Part shown: one piece after another, positions 15,001 to 30,000 of the stretch
How the letters are laid out: every line of letters starts with the position of its first letter
How positions within the stretch are numbered: position 1 is the first letter of the stretch
Assembly (NCBI GenBank): GCA_003344405.1
Contig: NOWV01000022.1
Location: forward strand, 1 to 64,000
Length of the DNA: 64,000 bases
Reading direction: 5' to 3'
Origin: Trichoplax sp. H2
Taxonomy: Eukaryota
Translations under genes and position numbers: made by a program
The notes under the pieces: generated by a model
What the model was told of the DNA's origin: nothing
The model's input: only the letters and a program-made list of their open reading frames with translations
Database searches by the model: none

Positions 15001-18000
15001 TATTATTATTTTACCACGAAGGAAGGTAGTTTCATGTGCTAAGTTTTCATGCTTGGTAGTTTCATCCCTTTTATTAAAAAAGACTTTCTTCACGTTGCCA
15101 TGCTTTCTCTTAATGGCATTAATCTGATGACTGATAAATGCAGCATCTTCATCTGTAACATCAGGAATAAGCGTTTCACCCAAATCAGTTACTTTTTGAA
15201 TTTCAATCGCTTTTTCATCCATTTCCAACGATAAAGTCTGTATTAAAACCATATAAAATTACAACGTTAATCATTTATAAAAACCTACAGTCAAAAAATC
15301 AGGCGTATCTATTCAATTCAGATATTATTAGGCTTACGTCATCTATTTGTGATACTTCATGTTCCGATAACAAATTTTCTTTATCATTCAACCAGAGTAA
15401 AATATCTTCACAATCTCGTTCAAACCTTACTAATTGTCCATTAATAAGAGTTAACTTAAATATTTTATCCAATACAGCAGTCTTTGAACCATTTAGCTTT
15501 CGTTGAATGTTAGATTGCTTATCTTGAATGACTTTGATCGAATTTTTGGAGTAATATTCAAGAAAGAAGTCAATTGTGGCCTTGTAAACAGGTAATATCT
15601 TAGATAATATCTGATCAACGTCGCCCTCAGCAACCTACATCCGAAAGAAAATAGAAAATTGTTTGGTTAATCTTTATATATGTTCACTTTGCAAATCATA
15701 GAAAATATTTCAAGGACATTTCTTAAAATACTGATTAAAACCTGGAGAGATTCGATTCGTTTAGCAATGTCTTTCCTTTTAATATATCTCATATCTTCGT
15801 TTAGCAATTCTGATTTCTCCAATTTATTACAAGCCTTATAACAACTATTCCATTCCTCTTCAAGAAGTTGTAACTTCTTTCTAGCTTTTCCAAGTTGTTC
15901 TAAATCTCTGTTGATACGATCCAGAACTTTTATGCACCGCTTACACACTTTATCCCACTTGTCTTGTATCACAGCTGACTGCTTCACAGATAAAACTGCA
16001 ATGGCATCTTGTTCATTTTGGATAATCTCGGTCAATTTATTTTGATATTGAAGGACATTAATTTTCAGTGACTGCAAGAAAATTAAAATTACAAAAATTT
16101 TAATATAACTTCTCAACTCTAGCTAGCTCTAAAGAAATATTACCTCATAATTGGATTCAACTCTATTCACATCTTCGAGGGTAGCATCGAAAAAAATTTG
16201 TTGAATTAAATAATTTTCAGCAACAGTAACCGTCGTTGAACACTCAAGAATAGACTTATTCATAGTTTCGTATCTTTTCAATGAATTTAGTAGGCATTGA
16301 CGTCGGTAAAGCACTTTATCATTTAACTTTTTTACTCTATCAAGTATTGACGTCCCCGTCAATTCCGGATCAGTAAATTCTCCATGATCGTTGGCAACAG
16401 ATACAAGTTTTCTTTCAATATCTATAGCAATATCAATCCTTTGCTCGACCTTATTAATGTACCTTAAAAAATCCTATATTAAAATAAATAAATAATATTA
16501 TTGCAAGCGAAAGTTTGCAAATATTGAAAACGAAGACTGTCATAATTATGAATGTATCCTGCATCTTTCATAGGTGATTTCTATGATTAAAGCACTTACT
16601 AAACACACGCCGCTGTAAATACGCATATCTTCTGAAGATAATTCCTCTATTGAAAGCGTTATTGCAGCTGATTTGTCAATATTTTGACATGTAGTATTCA
16701 ATTTCAAAAGTATACTTTGAAGTCTCATCGAATCCATTTTAGAACGCTCCTTTGTAACTTCATGTAGACTAGTACCAAGTTGTTCGTTAGACTCAGGTAG
16801 CAAATTTGGATCCAGTACAGGTTGATAATCCCCGCTGATCTTGGAGTCACGTTGTTGGAAGATATCTGTATTAGTTAATTCCTCTAGAGTACTAAATTCT
16901 TTTAAGAATGCACTATCAAGGGCAGTTTCTGGATTAACATTTTCAAGAGACTGACTTTCGTCCACAGGTAAAACTTCAATAATTTCTTCCGGAGGTTTAG
17001 CTAAACTACTGTCGTCTTCATTATTAAAACTAATACGATCATCATCGAAAAAATTTCCTACCATGGTAAGCTGTTCAACTGGAGCCACTGTCATTTCAAT
17101 ATTTTCGAGTATCTGCCGAGGAGGCTCGACAGCTATTTCTGCGCTATCTTCCTGTGCTACAGCATTTATTTCCTGTAATTGATCAATTTTCGTTTCTACC
17201 ACTACTGAGTTATTCTCTTGGTATCTATCTGGCTCATCCATAAAAGTGTAAGTGGGGTCTACTTTTTCTGCTACTATCTCATCTATCTCAATTGCTATAT
17301 CGTCATCGTCATCAACGTCAACTTCAGCCTGCTGCTCTAACATTTCAACCGTCTTATTAATGACCGTAATTAGTAGACCTTCATCAAGGACATTACTAAC
17401 AACATTTCTCGAAATACTATCGCTGGATGTATTCTCTTCCGTTCGTTTTTCTCCGAGATCAATGATGTCCTCAGTAACTGGAGGCAATCTTGGGTGATGA
17501 AGCTATTTTACAAAGAATACACAAAACTAATGTAAGGATGCTAAATACGACCAAACCATACATGCAATCTTGCAGTTACCGTCAATGGCATGATTTGTCC
17601 TAATGCCATGCTCTTCTCCGATAGTATTCGGCCTTCAACTGTTATCTCCTTCTCCAAAGATAACCTACTAATAAAACTACTAAGAGAACGTTCAATTTCA
17701 ATTGCATCATTACAAAGTCGCAAATAAATAACTTCTAGTTCAGAAAAATGCTGTCTAATGGCAGATTTTTCACTTTCGAAACATTCTTCTGTAGCTAGTC
17801 TACAGCAACTTGCCACATAAGTCATAATACGTTCACAATGATTAAGTTCTCTTTTAAAATCAGATACCATCTGTATAATATCGTCAACTTCAGTAATTAT
17901 CTCATCCGTCTCTTCAGAAAAATCTAATTTTCGTTTTTTCTCATTTAACCAAATACCTAACATTTCTACGTTATTAAAAAAATCCTTTGATTTATTCAAA

Positions 18001-21000
18001 GTAGCTAAAAGTTGCTTTTCTTTCATTTGGATCTCCAAAACTACTACTGAATTTCTCGACTCTAAATTGGATATTTCGTCTGAAACGTCTCCAAATTTTG
18101 CATCTGCATATATTTTCTGTAGGTGATCTGCGAAATTGGTTAATACGGCAAACTTCGTTGGCAAATTATCACGAATCGTCTTTGTTCAAAAAAAATCAAG
18201 CATGAATAAGGACATATAAACAACGAGTAAAATCTACATAAGATTCAAAATCCACCGACCTGTAATATATGCAAGTGTTGTTGAATGAGATATGGCTTGA
18301 CAAAGTAGTAAAATGGTAATTGTAAAATGAAATAAATATTAATTTCCAATGAGCGCAGGTTAGATATCATTGCTTTAAGCTTATTATAATCTTCCAGGTA
18401 TCTCTCCAATGTTTTCCTTGTAGTTTCGCCCTTCGTAAATGCACTAGTTTGCATTTTACTTAATTTTGAAATTTGATTTTCTACCGAAGCCTTTACATTA
18501 ATATACACATTAGAATCTGCTGACCACAATTTTACCAACACCTCATACAAAGAAACAGTTGATTCCGCAATACGCTTCATATATTCCGAATACTCCTCAA
18601 GTTCTTCAGGTAATAACTAGATAAGCAACATCAGAAAAGATTAATTAATAAATTATCGTACAGCGAATAATATATGATAATAATATATGATCCTGTAATT
18701 CAAATACGTACACGCAGAAAATTTAAAGTCTTCGTTACAGCAGCAGTACATAATATAGGTCCGCCAGTAATGGCAATTCTTTCCTCCACATTTTCAAGTA
18801 AGTTGTTAGTTTTATTAAATAAATTCAATAGCACAATTGCACGCTCAGTAAATTCCATAATTTTTTGTTTCCGCTCGTAAATCAAACTTAGAACAGTTGT
18901 AAATCTTTTCATTAAGCCAATAATTAGATTGGTAAGAGTAGCATAAGTCACATCTTCTTTATGTGAGGATGAATCAACTTGAACTAAAGCAGATTCAGTC
19001 GCCTAAATAGAAACGTGCATATAGCAATGCATGAAATTCAATACACAAATTGCCATCACGGATGCAACAAAGTCACTATTATTTAAAATAACTACCTTCT
19101 CGTTAGAAAATTCACCGAGTAGCTGCAAAATAGTAAGTGACGAGTCACTTTGTAACCAACCAGTAAAATCTCGTAATTTATCATAAACATCCGGACAAAC
19201 TTGGATAATCTCATCTAAGGATTCTTGATGTCCTCTTAACTTAAGACGAAGAGTCTCACAAGTCGAGCTAAATATGTCATTCCTATCTTGACTACATATA
19301 GCATCCCATTCATATGACAGTAACAAGGTGGAGGAAGCCTATCATATATATATAATCAATTGAAATCAAATTTAACGTGGAACATATCTTCAGCCCAATT
19401 ACTTAACAAAACTAGCTAGTAATCGCTTTCAAACCTTGAGTCTCATAATACTTTCATAGAGAGGTGAATTAATCGAATTGATAATTCCGTCTAGCTGAGA
19501 AACATTATAATGCAAAAATGCATTTAAATAAAGAAACTTCTGGATATACCATTCACGATGTTCGACCGATTCTGTAGTTTCTGATTTTTCATAAAGGACA
19601 ACAATATCGTTCAGCTGTTGATCAATTCTAGCATACATCTCCTCTACTATGGTTGCTCCATTTTCATCATCTCCGTTTTCATTATCAGGAAATGATCCTG
19701 AATATCCAGTTATAGTATCCAAAAAATTTTCTTGATCTTCCTCAAATTTCTTAAATGGTAGGCAAAATAAATTAGTCTGTTTAAGATCTAATCGCGACCA
19801 CAACGGTACAAAAGTAACGAAACAGAAAGTATACCTCAGCTAAATAAACAAATTCTTGTATTTTCTCTCTCAACTGTACAATATCATTCTTTTGTTGTTG
19901 AAGCCCATCATAAAATTCCTACCGGAATCGACAAATATTTATTAAATCTTTCCATACTGTTGCATTACTAAGCAAAATGCATTTAATTGCAGTATCATAC
20001 TATAGAGATGTTTTTAATGATCTTGAAATTCGAACATAATGAATTACCTTACGAGTGATTACATGCTCCTGAATTCTAAATGAACTTCCTCCAAATTTAG
20101 TAACCTGATCAAGTTTCCGTTTCGCTATTGTAATCCACGCGCTTAATCGATCATAAACGTTATGTAAATCCTTCGCGACACCTACTCCTGCATCAAGGGT
20201 CTTTCTATGATAGTTACAAAATTTTTGTAAATTTTGCCATCGTTCCAATAGTTTATCAGCGTCACTTTTAATTTTAAAGGAAGCCATCAATTTGCTAGTT
20301 TGGCGTAACTGTGGTATCAGTTGTTGTGAACTACTGATAACGTTGTTGACGCGTTCCTGACAACCAGAAGCTTCTGTAAAGAAGGCCTACAAAAATATGC
20401 GCAAAAGTAAATAATTGTTTAATGATTATTTAGTATAAAAGAAGGATTCAATCACGCATCCAGAGGATGTACTAGTAAAAGTTACGTGCATTTTATCAAA
20501 GATAATTTTTATACCATATCACATACCGTAAAGTATTCACTTTGTTTTTTTATGTTTTCTAATCTTCCAGCCAGCCAGCGGTACCTTAAGCAGTGTCTTT
20601 CCAAAATTGATAAATATTCCGTAACTTCACAAACCTTCCACATAGTATCAACACATCTATTTTCTACAGGCGATAAGCTAGTTCTTGCGTAAGATATTAG
20701 CTGGTCGAACTCTTTTAAAAATTGAATACAAAGTTCAGTCATGTTTCTCATTTTATCTCTAATATCGGCTATTTGTCTTCTAATATAACGGGATCCGTGA
20801 TCGCTTAAACGACTAAATGGAAAAGATTCCTGGAGCATACTTTCCACTACACAACGATAGCTTTCCACCTGCTCTGAAGACACCTAAATTTTGAAAAATT
20901 GGTTTAATAATATTCCTAATATACAGTACTACCTCATAAAAATCAATAGAAGCCATGTTATGTCTGAAATTAAATTACATTCATAATATTTATGAATTCG

Positions 21001-24000
21001 TATCCTCTATTGGCTATGCAATCCACATCAGTTTTTCGTCTAAATATTTCATTAAGTAATGCCTAAAAAATGGAACATAAAGTTATAACCAGACAACACA
21101 ACTATAAGTTACTTCTCAACAAATCTCGTGATCACTCATTCAAGTTTTAATACCTGAATTTTTTCCCTCTTTAAAATCATTTCAAATACATTCGTTGAAG
21201 CTTCTATTTCTAATTCAGATAAAAAGCCTTGCGACTCACGAATCCAAGGTCTTATAGTTAAGATTAGCCCATTAAAATTCTCCAGTACCACAACCGCATT
21301 TTGTAAATATAACGTATGAAGTGCGGCTTGAGACAAAAGGTATGTATATTGACTGCTTAAGCAGCTCATATCAGCTTGAGATGACAGTGACGACTCCGAC
21401 ATATCAGATAAGACCTTATCCACTGCTGCACTAAATTCACCACTTAAGTTATATAGCTCTATTTCAAGGTACTTTATGTTCAGGAATATGTAACAAACAT
21501 AAATACAACCTTAGCGCTACATTGTAATAAGAGCGGCTTGATGTATAACTAAAAGTAAAGAGGACTACTAATAACTGTGTATACCTTTTGATATCGAATC
21601 TCTTCAGAAATTGAGCCAGCATCACTTCCATGGCTTAAATTTCTGAGAAACAACTGATTATAGCGAATAATCGAATCCCTCAATAAATCTATCAAACTTT
21701 CATATCCATATTCGATGTCAAGACTATAATACGAAAGCACAAACGAAATATTTATTATGGATTACAGGCATAATTCAACATTTGGATTGGTATTCTTACC
21801 TTTCAATCCAACGCTGAGCAGTAGTATCTGCGCTCTTACACCCAGAACATAGTTCCATAACACTATAAATTTCAGCTGTACTAATATTATCTAAACTTTC
21901 ATAATCAGCAGATCTTCCTTCAAACTTAGCTAAACGTTCGTACCGTCTCCTACATTCACAGGTACCACTATCACTTCCCTTAGTGACATATAGAGAGAAA
22001 GTAATATTAACTGTTATAATATCACGATTGATAATACTGTACTTATAGTAGGGCAAATCTTCATACTTTAGAAGCACTTGAGTGAATTCTTTCATTGATA
22101 CTACTTGATCTAGCATCAAGTTTGTTTTGAGCTACACTTTTTTCAAGAGATGCAGTCAATATTTCAGAAGATTTCCAATTTCCAGTTTGCCATTGTTTTA
22201 GCCACATGGCTTCTACAATATTTAAGCTATCTTCTAGATTAGCTACTCTAGCAGATGATCGTCCTAGATCTTGCGATATCAACCTTCGTGAATCAGATAT
22301 TACCGATGACACATATATTCTATATCTGATAGCATTTACAATAATATGCTGTAAAAATAATAAAATTAAGTATTATACAGCAGATATCACTTCATATCAA
22401 GAATAAAATTGTACCATTATCACGTAAGGAACTCAAGTAATCAACATTTCTTATTATACAGTATGCATAGGCTTACTTTCTCATGATAGCATTTTATAAT
22501 ACCAGATAAATTTTCAAATAATTTCGTATAGCTATGATTGCAACTTAATTTCTTATACATAGTTTTCCACAGCTGCAGTAAATACTCATATTTTCCGCGT
22601 AATCTAAACAAAATATTACATAAATAAAATTATTCCTATTCGTAAAAGAATTACCAGCTAATAACTGACTTCAAACAACAAATGCATGAAATAACCTTGA
22701 AGCAGATTCAATAGCTTCAGGACACTGACATTCAATAAGAAAGCACAACGATGGTACCCTTAATTCGAGCCTTTCTTGAGTCATAATCTACAATTGAGAT
22801 AATATCTTCTAAGATTCTCTGCGTTGATATTATTGTTAATTCTTTTAAACTTACAGTCCATTTGGTATGATCAGATTTATCTAGTAGTATATATTCATTA
22901 TCATTCAGGATACCATTCTATTATGGAGATAAAATCATAGCTTATTAATACAAAAATTAAATTAAAACGTACATAATTTTTATAGGACATAATTTTAGTA
23001 CCTGACCATCATGATAACTACATATTGTACGAATTGGAATAGATAATTGTTCCTTAGAAGTTTTGCGGAAGTGTAATGGTAACACTTTCAGAGAGACATC
23101 ACATAGACACTTAATGACAGATTGGTAAGACAGCAACTCTTCTCTCAGAATCTACAATAAAGATATGGAACAATCACATGGTCATCGAGTCCTACGTATA
23201 ATCTAGGCAAAACAAAACTTTCAGCCTACTAACACTAAGCGTGTTACATAAGGATTTAATGCGATCGTCCTTAATTTCAGCAAATTTATCATTAAGTATG
23301 TTTATTCTCTCCGTAAGCCAATGATCAGCTTCACTACAATCTAGGAAAAACTTTCAAAATATATGTTTATAATATTAGCGGAAGTTTGACAAATTATTAA
23401 TGCAATCTAAACTTACTTGCTGATATACATGTAAGTGATGAATGTGTTTGTCTAAGGCCGCAATAAACTCTGACATACGAATTGACTTAAATTCTAGACT
23501 TATTGCTTGTAGCTAAAGTTGATAGCGAAATAAACAATAAAATTTACATTCATACCTACATGTACTATTACATACAACATTTGTACTATGCACTTACATT
23601 TTGATAATTATAAATTGCTAAATCGATTCAAGAGTATATTTAATAGAGCACTTACCTCCAATACTTTAGAAGCAGAATGTTTATCTTTTATCAATTTACG
23701 TCCTATTTTTAAGTAAGCTGCAGTTCGTTTCTGATGCTCATGAAATTCGCTCTTTAAATCCTGATCATACACATAGAGTACATATATTAAAGTTTTATCA
23801 TTATCATACCGAATATATTCAAAGTCGCGTCTTTATGTGTTAAGACAAGAACCTCTGAAAGGCGCTTATACCTTTTGATAATGCTGTAGAACATCGATAT
23901 CTAAATCGGTTGCACTCCAATCTCTGCCTATCTCAATCTTTTCTTTTCGCTCCAACCAAGTAAGTTCATTTTGAATATTCCTTACAAAATCCAGCAATGA

Positions 24001-27000
24001 TACCAAGCTCGTCATTCTTTTGGCTGACATATTCTATGATACAAAATTTTTAAATTTATCAATCACTTTCCTTTACAATATCCCAAATCCAGTTGATATA
24101 CATTTACAAAAAATAATTAACACAGTAAGTAATAAAACGTACCATTACACGTTCATATAAGTTATTTAAGTCATGTATCAACGAGATAATATTTGGTTGC
24201 TGCCTAACTTCGGCCTTATTCTGAAAATTAAATTAACAACTGCATTTATCAAATAGATTTCCACAAAAAGATTATCTATATATTCTAAAGTAACCTCCAA
24301 GCTACACAAATATTTCACATCGGGACTACGTTCCAGTAATGCTATATGTAGAATTTGATGTTCGAGCACATAGTTTTGAATATCAATCCTATCTATGCCA
24401 TACGACGCTGTTTCCAAAACAACCTAAAATGTTAATGATTAGGTTAGCTATGCTCAGTACGTTCCTGTATTCTTTACGCATATTCTATTACCTTCTTCTT
24501 GCTAAGCCAGTTATGGATCTCTTGAATTGAATGCAACGAATCTGAAAAATTACCCGATTCTGCTTGCTTACGAAAACTTTCAACCATTCGTTGTTGACGT
24601 TCGATATGATGGATATACGAAGTCAATACAAGAATTCGAAGACCCTGCCACTGACTATAGGCTGATTCAACCCTGAGTCGGATAAAATTCGTTTAGACTT
24701 CAAAAAAATTATTGATTTAACATGTAAAGGCATTATAATAATATTTACGTGGTCTGCAATAGCGTAGATTCACTATAATCTTGAGTATTTAAATGTTTAG
24801 TTTCCATTCTCATACGCTGAATTCGGCTTTCAAATATCTGTTTATATATTTAATATAAATTAATTTATCTTAATAAAACATTATCTGTGAATAAGTACGT
24901 ATCATGCAGAATTGATTTACTACATCTACAAGTAGTACAACATTCTTGTTATGATTGCATATCATAAATACATAATTCATCCATTATTACGGTCATTACA
25001 ACAACATCAATAAACTTGTAAACAGAAGTGTATGGGTATTATAATATTGTAATACAAAAATTATACCAATAGAGAGGCATTTAACTCTTTGCAATGCTTC
25101 TGAGCTGATTCACAGTCCATGGATGGCCATAATTGCTTCTCCTAATTTAAAAAACAAATTAGTTCGTTACATTTTGACATCAATAAAAAAAATTTTTTCT
25201 ATTATATATTTAACATTACTTCATCCAAGCGTTCTTCTACTTCTTTAAGAGATACTTCCATTAACGACAGCTATATAGTTTATCGCATCGACAATATTAA
25301 TTATTAAATCAATACAATTGTTCAGTTGAAGTAAATTCATTGAGTCAATCACCCCTTACCTCTGTTTCAACCTTTTCGTGTAACTGTTTGAGCTTAGTTA
25401 ATCTAAAATAAAAAAATTTCATCAATCACGCAAGTGTTATTAGTTTACTAGATAACTTATAATAGGGCCATGATAATACATCTTTTTATAAAAACAACTA
25501 TAGAAGGTACTTGTCATATTTCGCTTTCAACTTTTTCTCTGTCACTTCTTGTAATTTTTTTAAGGTACTATATTTCTGAAATTTTGAAAGAATTACCGAT
25601 TATTATTTCTCTCATCAACTATTGATTAAAAAAATATAGCTATTTATGGTTTCATCAACCTTTTTGACACGTCTAATTGACAACTCATTTTCGATCGCGC
25701 TATCACTTGACGATTGTGTATTCTATAGCGAAATATTTAGTAAACATTCACATGTACATCAAACTGGCTAACATTAAAATTAATACACAGTATCAATTAA
25801 ACTTAGATATAAACAAGTTTACAACGGCAAGGGTCTAAAAAATGAAAAATTGATTTAGTAAATGTATACCTCCAACTCTATATAAGCTTGAACAACTGAA
25901 TGCATCATCTGTTCAATCGCAGCAATATCTTCAGTAAAGCATTTATCAAACTCAACAATTACTGGCTGCAAAATTTAACAAAAAGTAAAATTGATATCGC
26001 AGTTTGCCTCAATACTAGTAACAGCAATGAACACAATTACTGTGTACTTACCTCCAACTCGATCAATGAGTTTGGTAAATACAAACTTTGATACTTTGAG
26101 ATCAATCGATCTAGCCATAAAATAATATCATGGGCTAGTTTCTTGTAATTATCTACCTTTATTTTCAATCCCTTTATGCAACGAAAGGTTAATCCATAGA
26201 AAATTAAAATCATAAAATAAAAATTTCTATATAATATCACTACAAATGTGCTATCTGGCTACTTAAAAATTCTTCTCATCGTATGCATATAGCAACTTAT
26301 ATTACCATAGACTTTTCATTTTCATATAACGATGTCGATCGCAAAACGTTCGTAATGAAGGATATATACAATAATATGCATTTATCATCAGGTTTACTAT
26401 TGCATATATCTAAAAGATAACGTATAACATTTAAAACGCAATCATGTCTTAGTGTAAATATCTTTCATCATAAATTATATTACAGGCATATATAAACTAA
26501 TTAAATTGCTTATAAGATCATGAAGAGTGGCATAACAATTGAATACCTTTAGCTTTCAACAGTTGTGGTATATAAAATACTCTTTCAATAGCATCCATAG
26601 CAAATTGAACAACATCTACAGGTCTAAGTTGCTTCAAATTGCTGAAATCTACTGCATTAGGCCTGTTAAAAAGCGTTATTTGAGGAATACGTATTAAAAC
26701 AATGCCAAAAACTATAGCAATAAAATACTATCAGTAGTCTTACCTAAATCCGTGCACTATGGCCGCTAACGCATGACCACTTCTCCAGCTACAATTAAAA
26801 TCTACTATATCAATCCCAGGATATCTATTTATTTCACACGTCAGATGATAAAAATAAAAACTTTACAATACGCCCGAGAAATTGCAATACGGGTATTATT
26901 ACTTCAATTAATATAAAATTTTCTCAAAGCCACAGATAATACAATATTGAATTTACCCTTCCGTAGCTTTCCTGCACCATAATAAAATAGCTTTCTGAGC

Positions 27001-30000
27001 AGAATAGATATTCTTAATATGCGAAGCAGCTGGAAATGAACATATCTGTAAATATTTAAAAAAGAAGTATTAATGAATTAAAGCATATAAGAAACTTGTT
27101 AATTTCATCGTGCTTGTTAATTGACTCAGTAAATCACATACAGAAATAATTTCTGAAATATTATTATAATACCGAAATTGGACCCTATCTAAAATGTCGT
27201 ATATTTAGGATTTAAACGAGTTTATAAAATTTAAAACGCAATTTTTAGAGTACTTACGTGAAAATGGGTAATAAGTAACCATATTAATGACAACATATGC
27301 TCAATATTTCCATTTTCGATTTCATCCACGCTGATTCCACTAATATCAAACTATAAGTCACGAATAAATACGAGCATAACGAAATTATGATAACTTAAAC
27401 TCTGGCTAAATTACAAGTCATTTCCTATCGTACTTACTTCCTTCCGATGAAGAAAATTTAAGCAAGCAACTAGTCGATTTGCTGTTGCATGCCTATCGTT
27501 ACTATCACTCGTAATCTATTAACAGATCATATCACAAATGAAATTGTCTAAGAAACAAGCTATTCTTGACTCAGTTAGTTTGACATAACTGCTATACTTT
27601 AGTCAAAGTATTATACCATATATTTAGTAGCTTACAATATCATCTTCGAAAAGAACTTGCAACAATGAAACCAAACTTGTACCATCGGTAAACAAGTCCT
27701 CTAGCCTATCTACCTTTTTGGAGACCTTCATTTCAAGATACAACGTATTCTTTGTGTTAATAATTACAGTATACAGTTACCTACCACTTAGAATGATGTA
27801 ATTTAGCTTCTTCGAATAAAAAGTGAAACCTACTAGTACGTATAAGTAGTGCCTCTACAGTTCACTACTCGTAAAACAGCAACGCAAGTTAATCTTTTTT
27901 AAGAAAAAATTTTTTGACAGAGCTAACTAATAAACCTTTTCTTCAAAAATAATATCATTTTTACGATAATAGCCGCATCCTAATTATCAAATATCGTATC
28001 CAACATCAATCAATGACTGTTAATGAGTGCACGTAGGCACCAATTCTATCCATTGAGTTCCATAGCTACGCTAAAAGAATTGATATCTACAAAACAGTAG
28101 TACTACAGCGAAATCGATTAAAGATATACCGTACGTCTATTGGGTATCTTTCAAACTGCTAATTATCACATAATAAAATGAAGTACTCACATTTCTTAAA
28201 TGAAAGTTAATCCAATTAGTAAATACCCTCCTTCTTACACTAATGATTTGGCCACTTTCTATAATTATAAATATACAAACCATATGCTATTAATTAATAT
28301 GGAATATTCTCATATTTCTTTTGAGGTTATCTCTTAAATACATCTCATAGACGCGATGAGATCGTACGACCATTCAAAAAAGGTATACATTACATAATGA
28401 AATATTTCTAGCCATGCAGTAAATTCACAACGCTATACCTTGACTAACATGTATCTACGCCGTACACGCTTCAATAAAATAAGTCATTCATTAGAGCGCA
28501 TTATTTGCTATATCTTTTCCGATATATATGTATATTATTTAATTTAGCGGTATAAGTATACCTGCAATGCATGCTTAAAGTACAATACCCCTTACAGTTT
28601 TACATCAACATTGTAACCCTACAAAATTATTCAGTGTAGTATTCGTATAGTGCCATTACCGTTATAATGACTATCATGACCGATTGATTTAAAAAATATA
28701 TGACGGGTGTAGCATACGTAGATTTGTAAGTCATTTCGAAATATTTTACAGAAGAATCTATAAGAAAACTATCTCTGATTATGAGTGATTGTACAATCAA
28801 ATAGCAAGAATAGCAGTAACAATTACTAATTCTATTGATAGCAGTAATGTAGTAAAGTTCCGCAAGCACAAATCAATTGTTACTTCTTTCTGCCGTTCTT
28901 CATGATAGCTTCTTTCATTTATCATAGTAATATGAAACCGCAATATTGGCATTAGCAACGACAACAGGTCAACTTTAACGTAAATTTTCAAAGGTAAGTA
29001 AACTATCAAAACTCCTTTGCAAGCATTATCTCAACTACATACTGTATATACTATGTAGTGCAGTTTTATAGTACTATAGCTCTTCGGACAGGCAGTAGGT
29101 AAAATCAAAATATGATTTAATATACTTTTCACGCTATGGACACCTTCATGATAACAGAAATTTATGACTTTTTTCTAAGAAAATTAAGCTGTCCCTAAAG
29201 ATGATTGCTGACCAAGTATTAAATATTTGCATCCAGGACTTGTTTGCCTGAAAACAGTGCCGAACTAGCGCATATTTCGACCTATCAAGGAAAGTATAAA
29301 GACTACGCGTACGGTATATTTATATCATGGACTACTAAATTCACCGGTGAATTGTAGTCCTTGAGTTGTATACTATAAAATTTACAAAACAATTTGCTAA
29401 TTTTAGTTTCAATGGACAATTCTCGACCACAGAGTTGAACTGGTTGATATACTTTACGAGTACAGTGTATAGTGTACACGTATGTGATACGAATACTCGC
29501 AGATTAATCTGATTACATATAGTAAGTAGTTCTATTGTTAAACTATGTACTAACTACTGTAGTGTTGGCAATCAAATATTCCCCAAGGTACTTCAATTAA
29601 TGTAAGCTACAGTTATTCAGAGTAATAAAAAAGCGTAATTTTTTTCACTTTTAGGAGAATTAAAGCCTTGCATGGTAATTTACGAACTGATCAGCTATAT
29701 AATTACTAATTCTACGGCCTGTATACAGTATTCTGATTAAACTAAAAGCAGAAATGCCCCGAGTCAAGGACTTCACTGATTTGAAAGAAAAAATTAAGGA
29801 TAACCCATTGTACAATATCTTGAAATCCCATCTTATAACTACTGAACGTTATCGCATTGACATGAATCACCATAACATTTGTGGTTACGTAAATACATTA
29901 TTTAAACACATAATCATGATTTTTCTTTATAAATCTATAGCAAATCAACGGCGTCAATTGCATAGCAGACGCTACGTCTTTTGCTAGTACCAAATGACGT

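Noticed and set aside
907..22312. Treating the many minus-strand ORFs as separate genes
   Set aside because: Those checked are bounded by AG/GT sites in compatible phase and splice into one protein; ORF ends are intron read-through.
370..24530. Plus-strand ORFs rich in Ser/Phe/Leu overlapping the spectraplakin
   Set aside because: They are antisense shadows of Glu/Lys-rich coding exons with no independent gene structure.
29754..29987. 77-aa plus-strand ORF inside the putative first spectraplakin intron
   Set aside because: No recognisable domain or supporting exon chain.
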